64,000 nucleotides of DNA from Bugula neritina (lineage: Eukaryota; Animalia; Bryozoa): the NCBI GenBank assembly GCA_964035545.1, contig OZ037767.1, positions 11,480,581 through 11,544,580 of the forward strand. The letters run 5' to 3'. Each line of letters starts with the position of its first letter. Within the stretch, counting starts at the first letter, position 1. A program made the translations under genes and the position numbers. Of this stretch, positions 1-13,600 are shown one piece after another. The notes below the pieces were generated by a model, which saw nothing but the letters and a program-made list of their open reading frames with translations, made no database searches and was not told the DNA's origin.

Positions 1-1249
1 ACCTGTATTTGTCCAGCACTAAAACCAATGAGTAATCTTAGACTTTCCTCTGGCTTACCATGTACTTCACTAAATGCATGGCATGTTGGAAAAGTGCCTT
101 TATAGGTTCTTTTGTCTGTTGGTTGAGTTAAATCAGCTGCCTGACAAAATATCACAGAAAATGTTATATTAGGTTTTAAATTAGCCAGCAATATTTTTAT
201 TATTTAAAAGAACAACGGGCAATAACCAAATCAAAAAGAATGATATTGGTAGCTTATCAGTTATTTTTAGCATATAGTTAAATATAATTCAAAAACAAAA
301 CACCAGCATTAACTAGCAATGAGTGGTAAAAATAAACCTGCAGCAGCATTGTCTGACTTATTGGCTTATAAAAATCTTACATACTTACATATTCATATTA
401 CTCTGAGTATGGCTGAATGATAAGTACACATTTATGATAATACACATTTGCATTAGTCATTACACTCACACTGGTAAGAAGACACTTATAATTACAATTA
501 TTATTATTATATATAATAAATTAGAATATATAGCAGTTGCAAAAACTGAAAGAGCAAATTCCAATTGCAGCCAATATGGATAAGTAAGCATTAGCAACAG
601 GCGATCAACACTAACAGTTGCAAGTTAATTAGTACCAGTTGTCCAATGGGCAATGACTGAATCAAACTGAAAATGATGCAGTTAGTCACAATTACGAATA
701 ATTGAACCACTCCACTAGTACTACTAGTAGCACAGTAGTAGTAGTGTCTACTCACACTCACAGTCTGACTCTGAGTTCAGTGACTATGAGTATGACTATC
801 ACTATCACTCTGACTATGAGTATGACATTGAATAACATTGACTATGAGTATGACTATCAATTAGTATCAGTATGCGATGGTGCACATGGTGCACAGGTGC
901 ATAACGTTGGACACAATAGGAAAGGCATTGATTTAGCCCTAATAGTCATATAACCATGTTAACATCAAGTTCAAACTTGCAGAATAAGTGAATAGAATAC
1001 CTTTCTAATGCCCTTAAAAGGATAGACGTAAAGCTCGCGACCGATGCTAAAAGCTAAACGCTCCGGTGTGTCATTTTGTTTAGATAATTGAGTAAAAGAA
1101 ACTGTCACAGGAAAATTGCCAGCATCAGAATATGGTGATCGAGTTGGACGAGAGTATTCAGATAAAACTTGCAGGGTGTATGTGCCTTCACGCGCCGCAA
1201 ATTTTGTTTTTACTTCGTCGTTCCGATTACCTCCTGATTCTGTGGCCAT
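1..1249 (-). CDS. WDR20: WD repeat-containing protein 20 (USP12/USP46 cofactor), first two coding exons; gene continues off the left edge
   Basis: Exon 1 (1249-1001) MATESGGNRNDEVKTKFAAREGTYTLQVLSEYSRPTR...FSIGRELYVYPFKGIRK, GT donor at 1000. Exon 2 (140 to ~3, after TCAG) AADLTQPTDKRTYKGTFPTCHAF...LLIGFSAGQIQ. Matches the recalled WDR20/DMWD N-terminus (MATEGGG...FTTREG...GRELYFYIYKGVRKAADLSKPIDKRIYKGTQPTCHDF). Confidence 0.93.
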
Positions 1250-1676
1250 GATTGCTAAGTTCACTAATCGGAAATAGCCTCGTTAACAGCAGATCTGTAT
1301 TACTATTTTTTAAATAAATTAAAATAATTTTTTTAAAAATATACGTTGAAAACTGTTTATTAAACCTTAATAAAACACAAACTGCCCCAATATTTGAGTA
1401 ATGTATTTAATGTCGAGTTTTTGAGGCAGCAACTGTCACATCCGGTAATACTGATTCCAGCGAATATATCATAATCATCAATATTCGTGTTTAGATTTGC
1501 AATCATCATCACAATGACAATGATCATATTGACTTTTACTATCAACATGGATATTCAAATTCTGCCTAGGATACTGTTGAAAGTGTCAAGTATTATATAG
1601 CTTTGTATATAATACATATTTTTGTAACGATATGTTTTTGTCAATGTAAACTTTGAAAATAAATATCAATATCAAT
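1250..1676. promoter_or_regulatory. Probable bidirectional promoter between WDR20 and VPS54
   Basis: Only 427 bp separate the divergent ATGs (1249 minus, 1677 plus). Inferred from geometry; no TSS data. Confidence 0.6.
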
Positions 1677-4600
1677 ATGATCCAGCCTCCTTCCGAATTA
1701 TTGGAATCTAATTCAAGAATTCCACTCAAGAATGTGCCTTGGAAACGGTGTCAGATGTGTAAAAATGAAACGTTCAACTCGCCCAAAGACTTTGCTTCTC
1801 ATCTTAAAATGGTGCATTGCAGAAAAGAAGGAGGGTCTTACATATGCACATATGGTCCAAATTATTTGTGTAAAAATTTGCCTTTGGAAGGAGTTTGTTC
1901 AAAAGACTATGAAATCCATGTTAGTCGGTACCACGTATCACCCAACGAAGCTTGCGCAAACAATGCCCAAGCTGTTTCAACACTATCTTCCGAATCCCAT
2001 CACTTTTCTTCGAACAGTGTCTCTAGTCAAGGTGTAAAAACTCAAGAAATAAATGATAATGGACTTGGTGAGGCAAAAACTTTCTATCACAGGCAAAAAC
2101 CTGCTGAAGCTCGGTACTATAGTCCTGCTGCTGAGCCTAAGGATGCAACTGCAGAAGAAAACTCACTTCTAATGAGGCAAGATGATTCTGCTAGTCATAC
2201 AGAAGTGAATTTGCAATTAACAGTACACAGTGAGTGAAATTAACAAATCATTTATTTCGAGTTCGTATTATTATTAAGCTAATAGTAGCGTACTAAGCAG
2301 CTATCTTACTTTAGATACTCAGTGTATGCTATACTAGTACCGTTAGCATTACAGTTAAGTCTATATGAAGTAAGCACATGTTTAATTTGTACAACTTGAT
2401 GGGGAAAAAAAACTAGCTTTATTTAGTTAGCTGAAAACATGCTATTGAGCATTGTGCCAAACAAATTTTATCAGTTGCTCTTCTTAGTTAATTCTTACAA
2501 GCAGCTGGAGCATATGCTGTGTGTACTAGAATGTATTACGTTTTAAATTATAAAATAGTTAGCAAGACATACTGGAAAAGTTATAATAAAGGTATCAGTT
2601 TTCACTGTAAAAATATGAAAAATACAATTTTGAAGGCCAAAAACTACGTTGAATTGAATTGGAAGATTTGGAAATAGCTATAATGATTAAAATTAAGTTT
2701 ATTTTTCAACTCTGTGGTGATTTGAATGTTATTTTTGACAGTGAATAAGTTGAAATTTCATTTCTCATGAATTTGTAGCAAGTTTTAGTAAATAATTGTT
2801 GTCATGGGAGTCAATCCTTGAATTTTAATAAATGATGCATTTTGATGCCACTGACTATAATGTTATGTCTAATTTTTTTATTCCATTTCAAATGAACACG
2901 TCTAGTCATTAGACAAGAGTTTTTGTTGGAAATTTAGTTTCAAAAGTTGTTATTTGTTTTTATTTACAAGATGTAAAGAAGAAACCTCGAAAGCCAAGCA
3001 CTAAGTGGACTGTGTATAATGCAAAGGTGAGTCAATGTATGTCTACAATGCATTTAACAGGAGGAATTGAATGTTTTTCTAAATTTCAGAATAACCAAAG
3101 AATTATCAGTTCAACAGTTTAAAGACTTGAGATTCAAGTTTCTTGTTTATTAAAAAGCTACAAACTTTTTATTTAAGTCATGTGAACAATGAATAATTTT
3201 ATCTGTAGTATAGTATTATAATGCAGTAGTATAACATAGTATTATAATACAGTAATATAGTATAGTATAATATAGTAGTATAATATAATATAGTAGTATA
3301 GTATAGTAGTATGGTATAGTATTATATAGTAGTATAGTATAGTAGTATAGTATAGTAGTATGGTATAGTATAATATAGTAGTATAGTATAGTAGTATAGT
3401 ATAGTATAATATAGTAGTATTATATAGTATAGTAGTATAATATAGTAGTATAGTATAGTCATAATATAGTAGTATAATATTTCTAATCCTTAAGGTGAAT
3501 CTTGCTGCACTATTAAATGACCCTCGACCCGGAAGACGGCAGCCGGATTTCTTCACTAAGACTTGGGGTGTTGGCTGGGACTATTTGGATTTGTCTCCCT
3601 CTCCGGACATACCAGATATACAACTTGAGCATTTCAAGAGATACAGAAAGTCGGTACTTCCTGTAAGTGTATAATACGTCTGCACCTTACATACGTTTGC
3701 ACCTTACATACGTCTGCACCTTGAATACGTCTGCACCTAATATACGTCTGCACCTTGAATACGTCTGCACCTAATATACGTCTGCACCTTGAATATGTCT
3801 GCACCTAATATACATCTGCACCATACTCCTTGGATAGCCTGTACCTTACATACATCTGCATTTTAAACGTGTTTATATTTAAAAGTTAGTGTACAGTGTA
3901 ACAGTTCGTTTAGAAATATCTGTCTTCTAAAAATATCGAAATGTTTCTATCTGCCAGAATTAGAGATGAGATGTCTTGTCGTGATATAATAGTCTTTATT
4001 GTTGAGCTGTGTGGCTTGTATGAACTCTGTTGTTAAACTCAGGGTGCATACATAAAACCTCTGGTTTCATACTCTTGGTACAATAGTCTACAAAATGATA
4101 TCGTGTTACACAATGTACATAATTTATGTGAAACTGGCATTATTTATAATTTTTATTTTGTAGACCAAGAGGTCTAAGCAATGCAATCAAGTATTGCACA
4201 ATAATAAATTGCTCTAAAATTGCATGCCATACTGATAAGCAATAAGAAAAACTATCAAAAGAATACAATATATAATAGTTTATAAACTGAAAATAGTGAC
4301 ATTGCACATGATTTTAGTTTATGCTTTTAAAAATGTATTATTCTGCTGTTGACTAATGCTTGTTGTTGTTTTACATAGAGACTAGTGAAGCATCACGCTA
4401 ATATGACCTCTACACCCAATAATAAAGTGCCAATTGATGCATTCCCTCCGCTCTACACTAGAGCTCATGGTGAGTTTTTAACCTGTCCATCAGTATGTCT
4501 TGTACACTGAAAATCTATACTAGGCTTAGTAGCTAATGGGAAAACAATATGTTTAAGAACATAGGAAGCATCGCAATGGCTAAGTCTCTTGTCAACATTA

Positions 4601-7600
4601 AGTGATGTGTTTGTTTTGTGGTTGAAAGGTGCTCTTCATTTTATGCTGGCTGAAAAGGTACATGGTATCGGCCACTAGTTATTGCCTGCCATACAGCTAC
4701 ATGCTGGTACCTGGCACACATTGCCAGTGTTTTTTCTTTCTGTTCTGTGTATTTAAGTAGCAGACGAATCCTAATTAGACTGTGTCCTGGTTATTCTAGT
4801 CATCACCTTATCTACATATAGCCATTACTTTAATTTATGTCACACTTGCAGCCCACTGAATTTATTGTTGAGAAACTCAAAGTTGTCTACTCGTTGTAAT
4901 TTCAGACAAAGCTAGTGAAGATATTGGCAAAGTGCCCAGTATATTTCACAGTCCCAGTTTTAATCTCTCAGATATTCAGGTTTTCCAGACAGTTTTCCCC
5001 TGGTATGATATTGAGTCCTCTAAACCTCAGTCTAAGAAGCTTCACCAAGAGAAGGTAACTCCAAGAACGCACTAATAATTTCTTTCACTTGATTCAATAC
5101 CGTTATTTAGTCGTGTTTTAGTAATTTTATAGAGCTGTAGGTTGTACTGGTGTGTAATTTAATATAACACAGTTTCATGTACCACCTGCTAGCAATAATA
5201 TTGCACTTTGTAGTGTAATATTACTTGTTCTATGCATGCTTCAGAATAAAGTTGTAAATATAGTTTGACCTAATGTTGTCAAAATTACTGTTTATAGTTG
5301 AGCCATTATCTGGACATCATAGAAGTTCAAATAGCGAGACAAGTAGCTCTAAAGTCCGATGCCTTCTTCCATATAATGTCTTCACACGAGGAACTACAGT
5401 CCAGGCTCGGTGGCGCCACTTCCTCCATAGCAGTGCTACGTGACAAGGTATGTTAGTCATGGTGTATTATAAACATGGCAATACAACCTATAGGGAGTGT
5501 TAGAGTACTTATTATTGCTTTGTTTACAAGGAATTGCAGTGTGTGGAGTGAACAAGGTAGTGAACATAGCTTGACAATTGTACAATTAAAATACTAGCAT
5601 TGTCTGTCTGTTTAATTTCATCAACATGGTATTTAGAAAAAAAACATTATAAAAGCAAAGGCATTTATGATGAGGCCCAATGCACTATAGCATAGCCAAT
5701 CCTACGCTATAGCCTAGCTAGTCATATGCTATAGCCTAGCTATTCATACTCTATAGCCTAGCTAGTCATACGCTATAGCCTAGCTATTCATACTCTATAG
5801 CCTAGCTAGTCATACGCTATAGTTTAGCTATTCATATACTATAGCCTAGCTAGTCATACGCTATGGTCTAGCTATTCATACACTATAGCCTAGCTATTCA
5901 TACACTATAGCCTAGCTAGTCATATATTATAGCCTCGCTAGTCATACACTATAGCCTAGCTATTCATATACTATAGCCTCACTAGTCATACACTATAGCC
6001 TAGCTATTCATGCGCTATTGCCTAGCTAGTCATATGCAAGCTGATATGAGCTGAAAGCAACTCTTTCTGGAAAACATACAAACTGAACCACCTATTTCAG
6101 CAAGAAAAGCATTGGTTTTAAGCTTATGAAATATTTGAATTTGTGAATGAAGTTCAACTTATTTTGAGTTTTCAGTAAAACACTTGGCTTAAATATTTTA
6201 GGTCAACAGAGTCTAATGTTGGGTTTTTAGTTTCATTTTTCAGACCTGCAAGCAGTAAAACTTGTTGAGATATGCCGAGTCATTTTATATTCAGAAAGCA
6301 TACTTTAATGTGTACCGTAGTGTGTGTAATTTAGTGTGTGTACTGTAGTATGTGTAATTTAGTGTGTGTACTGTAGTATGTTTTATTTTAATATGTGTAA
6401 TTTAGTGTGTGTAGTATAGTTTTGTCATTGTTTATACTCTTCAGATGAAAGAGTTGAACGTTTCCCTAGTCAATGAACCACTGAAGATGTTAGTCACTAG
6501 AAGAAAGAAACAGAGACTACAGATGGTTACTCGTAAAGTCAGTGGTTACTCTCTACTCACTACTCACTACTCTCTACTCACTACTCTCTACTGACCACTC
6601 TCTACTCACCACTCTATACTCACTACTCTCTACTCTCTACTCACCACTCTATACTCACTACTCTATACTCACCACTCTATACTCACCACTCTATACTCAC
6701 TACTCTATACTCACCACTCTATACTCACCACTCTATACTCACCACTCTATACTCACTACCTCATAGTCAATACTCTATACTCACTGCTCCATACTCTCTA
6801 CTCTATAAGAATATTTATATGATCTTGTGTGGCAACATAATGTTAAGTTTGATTTGTGTACAAATAACCAGTTATTCCAAAATACATTTGATTTTTATTA
6901 TAATACTGACCCATTTGTAGTTGAAGTTAATGGCCACGCTGCACCAGACACAGCCCACTGTGCAACAGCTCCTATCAAGCAGTGACTACGTGGGTGCCCT
7001 TGACATTATCAGCACCGCACAGGAAGTGCTGGCTAAAGAACTTACCGGAATACGTAGTTTCAAGTACGCTAAGTCCCGGCTTTACTTCGTTCGTTTTCAT
7101 GGGATGCTGAAATTGCTCACCTGTGGTGCCTATTGCTTCAAAACCAGTTGGATATTTCCTATCAAGTTTGTTTTGTAGGCATCTTGGGTCACAGCTGTTG
7201 GAGTTAGAAAAGGCGATTAATGTTATAATAGGAAATGAATTCAATGCATTTATTACCAAAGACTTAAATAGACCTCTTGATGATGGGGATGAGGCTATTG
7301 ATGAGGTATTTACTATATGCATATGTTAAGCTACAGAGCAGCTGCGCTGTTAGCATACTATATAACTCACTCAAACTTATAGTTACTATCCCTGTGAGAA
7401 GAACCCTTGATGGAAAGGTTTGTTAAATTAGGCTAAGGACTTATGGCACAGGAGCAATCATGACTGGATGCTTTTCCTAACATCACTGATGGCCTCTACT
7501 AGAGTTTGAACCCATGACTTTGTGTCTACTAAGTCAGTGCTCTAACTCCTAGACCAGCGCTGCTGATGGTGGAATATGCTACACTATGATGTGATGAGTC

Positions 7601-10600
7601 ATCATCAGGGGTGACTCGCCTTTGGTCTCGTGACCCAGTTCTGGTCTGATGACTCACTTCTGATGACTCACCACTCACTTGATATTCCTCATCTGAAATT
7701 AAAAGCATGGATAAAAATATTGGCTCTGCTAACTTTATGTTCTTATTTCTTTCATTTGTCTATTAGTGCCTCAAAAGTTGGAGGTTGGATTCTACTCTCA
7801 CCTTTTCTCACATTTTAACCCTGAGCTTTTCACTGCTATTTGCAAGAAATGATTCGTGTTACTCAATGTCATTTTTGGGTGTATTGTAGCTTCTAATGTA
7901 TACTATATCTGTTATAGCAAGGAAACCAACTCTAGATTTTAAAATGCCTTTTTTAGGACAAGTTGACTGCTGTCTTCATGGGGTTGCTACGACAACAGTC
8001 TATCAACTTTATTAGCATATGCAGAGAGGAATGCTTTGCAACTATAAAAGCTATTGTTAAGCAGGTATGTAGATATCAGGTGTATATTTTATAATGGTTT
8101 TTTCTAGTCGTGCTGGTGTGAAGACCACACATTATGCTAGAAAATTCTACAAAAACATTGATTATTATGCTGTGGTTTAACATTTACTTCTGCATTATAC
8201 CTATTTGTTCAGAGATTTGCCATGTTATCCTACTGATGTTTTTGTAGTCTGTGATATCGTACGTTTCCGCTGCGGATACGGGTGCCTCAGAAAGCACTTC
8301 AGTAGCTGATCAGATGAGATTTCTCAACTTCAATAAGTGGCTGCTGCTTATGGAAGACATATTCAAGAATTTGTTGATAATTATTAGTAGGGTAAAGGTG
8401 GGTGTTTCACTTTACTATCTTGTAGTTACTAACTAATGTATTACTCTTTTGTAGTCACTAACTGATATATTACTATCTTGTAGTCACTAACTGATATATT
8501 ACTATCTTGTAGTCACTAACTAATATATTACTATCTTGTAGTTACTAACTAATACATTACTCTCTTGTAGTCACTAACTAATATATTACTCTCTTGTAGT
8601 CACTAACTAATATATTACTATCTTGTAGTCACTAACTAATATATTACTATCTTGTAGTTACTAACTAATATGTTACTATATTGTAGTCACTAACTGATAT
8701 CATGAAGATGTTGAGTCTGGAAGCTGCTGGAGTCTCTGGTACTGAAGCACTGGATGACGCTGACCAAGAACCTGATGGCGTGCTGCCTAAAACGTAAGTG
8801 TTGTTAGCGCAGTGCCTGCATGTCCTGTGCTAAAACTCACGCAAGTTTATAGTTGCTATCCCTGTGAGGAACCCCTGATGGAAAAGGGTTTTTGTTAAAT
8901 CGGGCTAAGGACTTCTTCAGATAAGGCTAAGGAGCAATTATGACTGGTTACTCTTCCTAACATCACCAATGGCCTTTGTCGGGTTCGAACTCATGACTTC
9001 ATGCTTGCTAGGCAAATGCTCTAACCCCCTAAACCACGGCTGCTCCCTGCTGTCCTGGGCTAGTCTGTAGTTATAATCTTTCAGCTCATATGTACAACTA
9101 GTGGTGTTGGTGCATCGCGGGTAGTATGATGTCATGTTATACTTTTATTATCTGTATAGCCAAACGAACATTTAGTTTGTCAAATTATTCATTTTTTTCT
9201 TGTATTTTTCTGACTTCAACATTTTAAAGTTTGTTTCAAATACCGCGTGAACAACTAAACATAGAAAATCATAATAAAATAATTTTAATTATCAACTTCC
9301 AAAGTTGTCTTCTTTTTTGAGTCATTGTTTTAGTAGGCACTTATAGGTATTTATGATAATGTAGTGCAATAACTTGTTTTGTTTAGAAATAAGAAATTGC
9401 TAGCGGCGTTCCATCTTTATCATGTCTTTCATAAAAGCATTAAAATAGCTTCTTTGTTTTCAGTCATATTCTCGTGTCAAGAAGAAATACTACATAACTT
9501 GCATGTGTTAAAGGGCCTGACCTTTAACCTCTAATGTTTTAGCACCAATGCATCTGAGGGTCAAACAATTATAACAGAGATGTTGGCGCATAAAATCTGC
9601 CAAGAGCTGAGGGAGATGTTGATAAAGATTTGTGAACACGCTAATGAACGAGCATCCAAGGTTATCAACGCTCGGTCTAAGGTGTGTGAAGTCGTCCTCT
9701 TTATTTATTTCTACCAGACGATGTATGCGAGTTTTTACTATAATGCAAGAAGCTGTCATCTATTCTTTGAGGCAGGAAACTCACTTTCATGCTCTACTTA
9801 CTGTCTGGGAAAAATTGAATCCGTGTAAACATCGGGTCAAATGGAGCGGATTCTTGCTATCAAAAACTTTGCATATGCGAAAATGAAGTTCTTTTGTGTG
9901 GATTTCATGCTTTAAAATTGCTTAATAGACACTGCAAATAATTTCTCCGGCAGTAGTCGAATTGGGTGATCACTATTTAACGAGCCCCCTTTTCGCAGTT
10001 CAGTTTTACGTTATTTTAATTAGTTCTGCATTATTGAAAATAGCAAGTGAAATTTCAAGATGAAATAATGTATAGCGTGAGTTAGTAAAGTCGTTGACAA
10101 ACACAATTGGCAATTCTAGTTTCATTCTTGCTGACAATGTATTATGTGTGGCAGGTAAATCCCGCAAGTATATGGTTTAGCGCACTGAATTCTGCTCAAT
10201 ATGGCCCTAGCCTAACAGCTTTTTTACCTGCAAGAATGATGTATTGTAGGACATGTTCATCGAGAAGTTATCATCTCATGATTTCTTTTCCCTTATGTCT
10301 TCGGTTGAGAGATTCGCCAAGTCATGTGACCAGCTGTGTACTTCTAGAATATCTACCAACTCGGTGAGGGGCTGCTTGCAGGGCTACAGCATACGATTCA
10401 TTAACAAGTTTCACGAGGAGCGGAAAAACAAGTTGAGGTGAGTATTTCAGAGTAGTCGCTGAGTTCACTTCACATCAATTAAATTAGGTAATCTAGTCTG
10501 ACCAGTTCCTTTTCTGAAATTTGTATTACCGAAGTGTGTGTTATGCTATACAATGTACTCCAAAGTTTTTGTGCCTATTTTTCTAGTAGTGTTGACAGTA

Positions 10601-13600
10601 ATAGCGTTGTTTCACGTAATATCAGCTTCACATCACAATAAGTATTACCTTGTTTTTAATAATATATATAAAATACTATTATTACCTTATTCTAACATCC
10701 TATATGTAACATTATACAATTTTCACCTTTTTATTACATCTTATGTCTTATTTACTATTTAAAAGACTCTCCTTCTAAGAGAAGTAAAGAATTTCGGCTC
10801 ATAATTATTATCCAGACTTGATATAACAAAGATCAAAATGTGCTGCATTTTGTAGCAAATTTTAGCAACCTACGGTTTGATTGCTAGATGTTTTAATAAA
10901 CTGTCCAATTTCTAGTTTACTGCTCGACAATGAGAGGTGGCGAGCTGGGGAAATTCCTAGAAACCTTCAAGCCTTAGTCACTCACTGTGAGTTGTGCGAG
11001 CAGTTGACGAGCGTTCCCGATGAGACCATCACAGTTGAGGCTGGACCTCCGCTATACCACTTGCTTATCTCTAATCAACACTTTGTCATAGTCGGGTAGG
11101 CTGTGAACTTTGCTAGTTCGCCTAAGTCACATTCTGTGAAATTATAAAATACTACAGAAAACATAGGGAAATAAGATTTTTAAAAATATTTGTACTAATG
11201 TCAAATCAGTGTTTTTCTTATCAAAGTTTACTTTCTTGCGAAAATTTTCTAATGTGTGAGTTTTAAGCAGCAACAAAATTTCTCTTTCATTCTTTTAACT
11301 CTTTGCTTCCCTCAAGTTCGTATAGTTGATGATTTCTAATACACTGTGCTATTTTTAGAACTGCTGTCTCCCTACTTATGATGATCCTGGAGTATTGTAC
11401 ATGCGTCGAGGATCTGCCCAAGTCAGCACCCGACATTCTCACCAAGTTCATAGAATTGTTGAAGGTATGCACACCCATTCAGTCTCTCACAACTTGTTAC
11501 TATATTCTCTTGTTATTGTTTAGTGTTTCAATACTTGTTATTCTTGAAAGTTGTCATTCCATTTAAAATATAATTGTGAGTCACAACTTATTCAATAGTC
11601 ATTTGTTAGTTGTATTTTCTTCTGTTACGAATTTTTGATGATAGTTTCCTGGTTTAGACGTTCAGTCATAACTATTTTGCTATTGCATATGTTGGTTTTC
11701 TCTTGAGTATTCATACTGTTACTCTTTCAGCTATTCAATTCACGTTCCGCTCAGCTGGTTTTGGGTGCAGGTGCCTTGCAATTAGTCGGTTTAAAGACAA
11801 TCTCAGCTAAAAATCTTGGTATGTTGCATTTATTAATCAACATTTATTATTGTGTAATTTCTTGTCCATAGTGCTATTCAACATCCTATTTTAACATTGA
11901 AGAATCCCTGACACACTTCACTTATACAGTACTAAAGTATTCGTATATATGTTAGTTTTCATTTGCATACTGTTTTAAGGTTGTATGTCTAAACAATTTT
12001 GTTATATTATGAGTTTTCTGAGAGTATGTACTGAAATTATTTGGGATGTCTGATCGCTTGGAAATGAAATTTTTCGTCGGCTTTGACTATACCGCTACTA
12101 TAAAACTTATAGTTACCATGCTATTGTTAGCTGCTGCACTGCACAACCGAAACACCAATATGGCTTGAAAGTTCAAACTTTAAACTTTCAAGCCATCTCA
12201 CTGATTATGCTGTGCAATGCAGCAGCTAACAATAGCATGCAATGAAAGTTAGCTATAATTAGTATAAGTTTTATAGTACTGGTATAGTCAAAGCCGACCA
12301 AAAATTTTATTTCCAAGCGATCAGACATCCCAAATCATTTCAGTACATACTCGCTCAAAATTCATTATAAAACAAAATTGTTCAGGCATCCAACCTTAAA
12401 ACAGTATGCAAATGAAAACTAACATGTATAAGAACATTGTAATACTGCATAAGTGAAGTGTGTCAGAGATTCTTTAAGGAATTTTATTTTTGTTGGCACA
12501 CTAGCTCATTTACTGCAAAATTGTGGTTGTATGAACAGCAACAAATATAGACTAAACTAAAGTTTAAGGATACTTTTTAATTATTTTGGTTCATGTTGCA
12601 ACTTAGTATAATGTCAATGCAATCATTACTTGGTGTGCTAAACAAAAAGTAATAAAATGATAATACTTTAGGATAAAAGAATAATGTATTACATACGATA
12701 GTATTCAAGGGAAACAACTTACAATGTATATTTGTACTATATTAGCTTCATAAAGCACCCTCAGTGAGCAGTTCAAAATTTCACCTCAACTGTTTCTGTT
12801 TTCATATTGTTTCAATTTTTCAGATTAACACTAAAGTTACAAAATATCTCATTGAAACCCCTTCTTGTACAGGTTTTAAATAAACATAGCTCTATTACAT
12901 GTGAGATGTCTATTGTATCAGTGTGTGCCCCTAAGCTGTGTGGCAATATATGAAAACACAACCCATACATATAACTTACCTACATCATTAAGTACTGTGC
13001 AAAGTGTGTGCTTTGGTGATTGTATGTTTTATATTGTCCTGTCTTCATAATATTATTTCTAACTGCAATTCTTTTGTCTAATTGCAGTCACAACTATATC
13101 TCCACTAATATTTTTTATCGTATAAAACTTAAGTGGGTTTATAGTCGGCATCGCTGTGATAACCCTGATGGAAGGGGTTTTTAAAAGTGAGCTGAGAATA
13201 TGTTTTCTACCGTGACAAAGGAGTAATTATGACTGAATGTTTTTCTTAACATCACCTTACATCGCCTTTACTGGGATTCAAACTACTGATCGTGTGTATA
13301 CTAAGCCACTAGACCACAGCTACTCCCAGTAACACTTATATTATTATTACACTACTTCCTGTGTTATGATGCAGCGTTACTGCAGAGAAGCCTGGAGATG
13401 GTCATACACTACCTGCCTCTGATACGGCAGCAGTTCATAGTGTACCTGGCGGAGAGTAAAGCTGTCCTACTCAGACATTTAGACTCGGTAGTAGACGACT
13501 ATAAGCAGCACGCGAGAGTCGTGAGAGACAAACTGAGAGAGATTGCTGCCGGCATGATTCACTCCTGTGTTAACCAGGTAACTCTTCTTCTGTCAGCGTA

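Noticed and set aside
7588-7672. Possible box C/D snoRNA (GTGATGA ... CTGA)
   Set aside because: The boxes are by-products of an inverted repeat (TGAGTCATCA/TGATGACTCA); no external terminal stem or recognisable rRNA guide. An Infernal/snoscan hit would be needed.
8975-9044. Possible tRNA gene (box A/B)
   Set aside because: No convincing acceptor stem, and it continues into a body shared by several diverged copies, so it is a SINE head.
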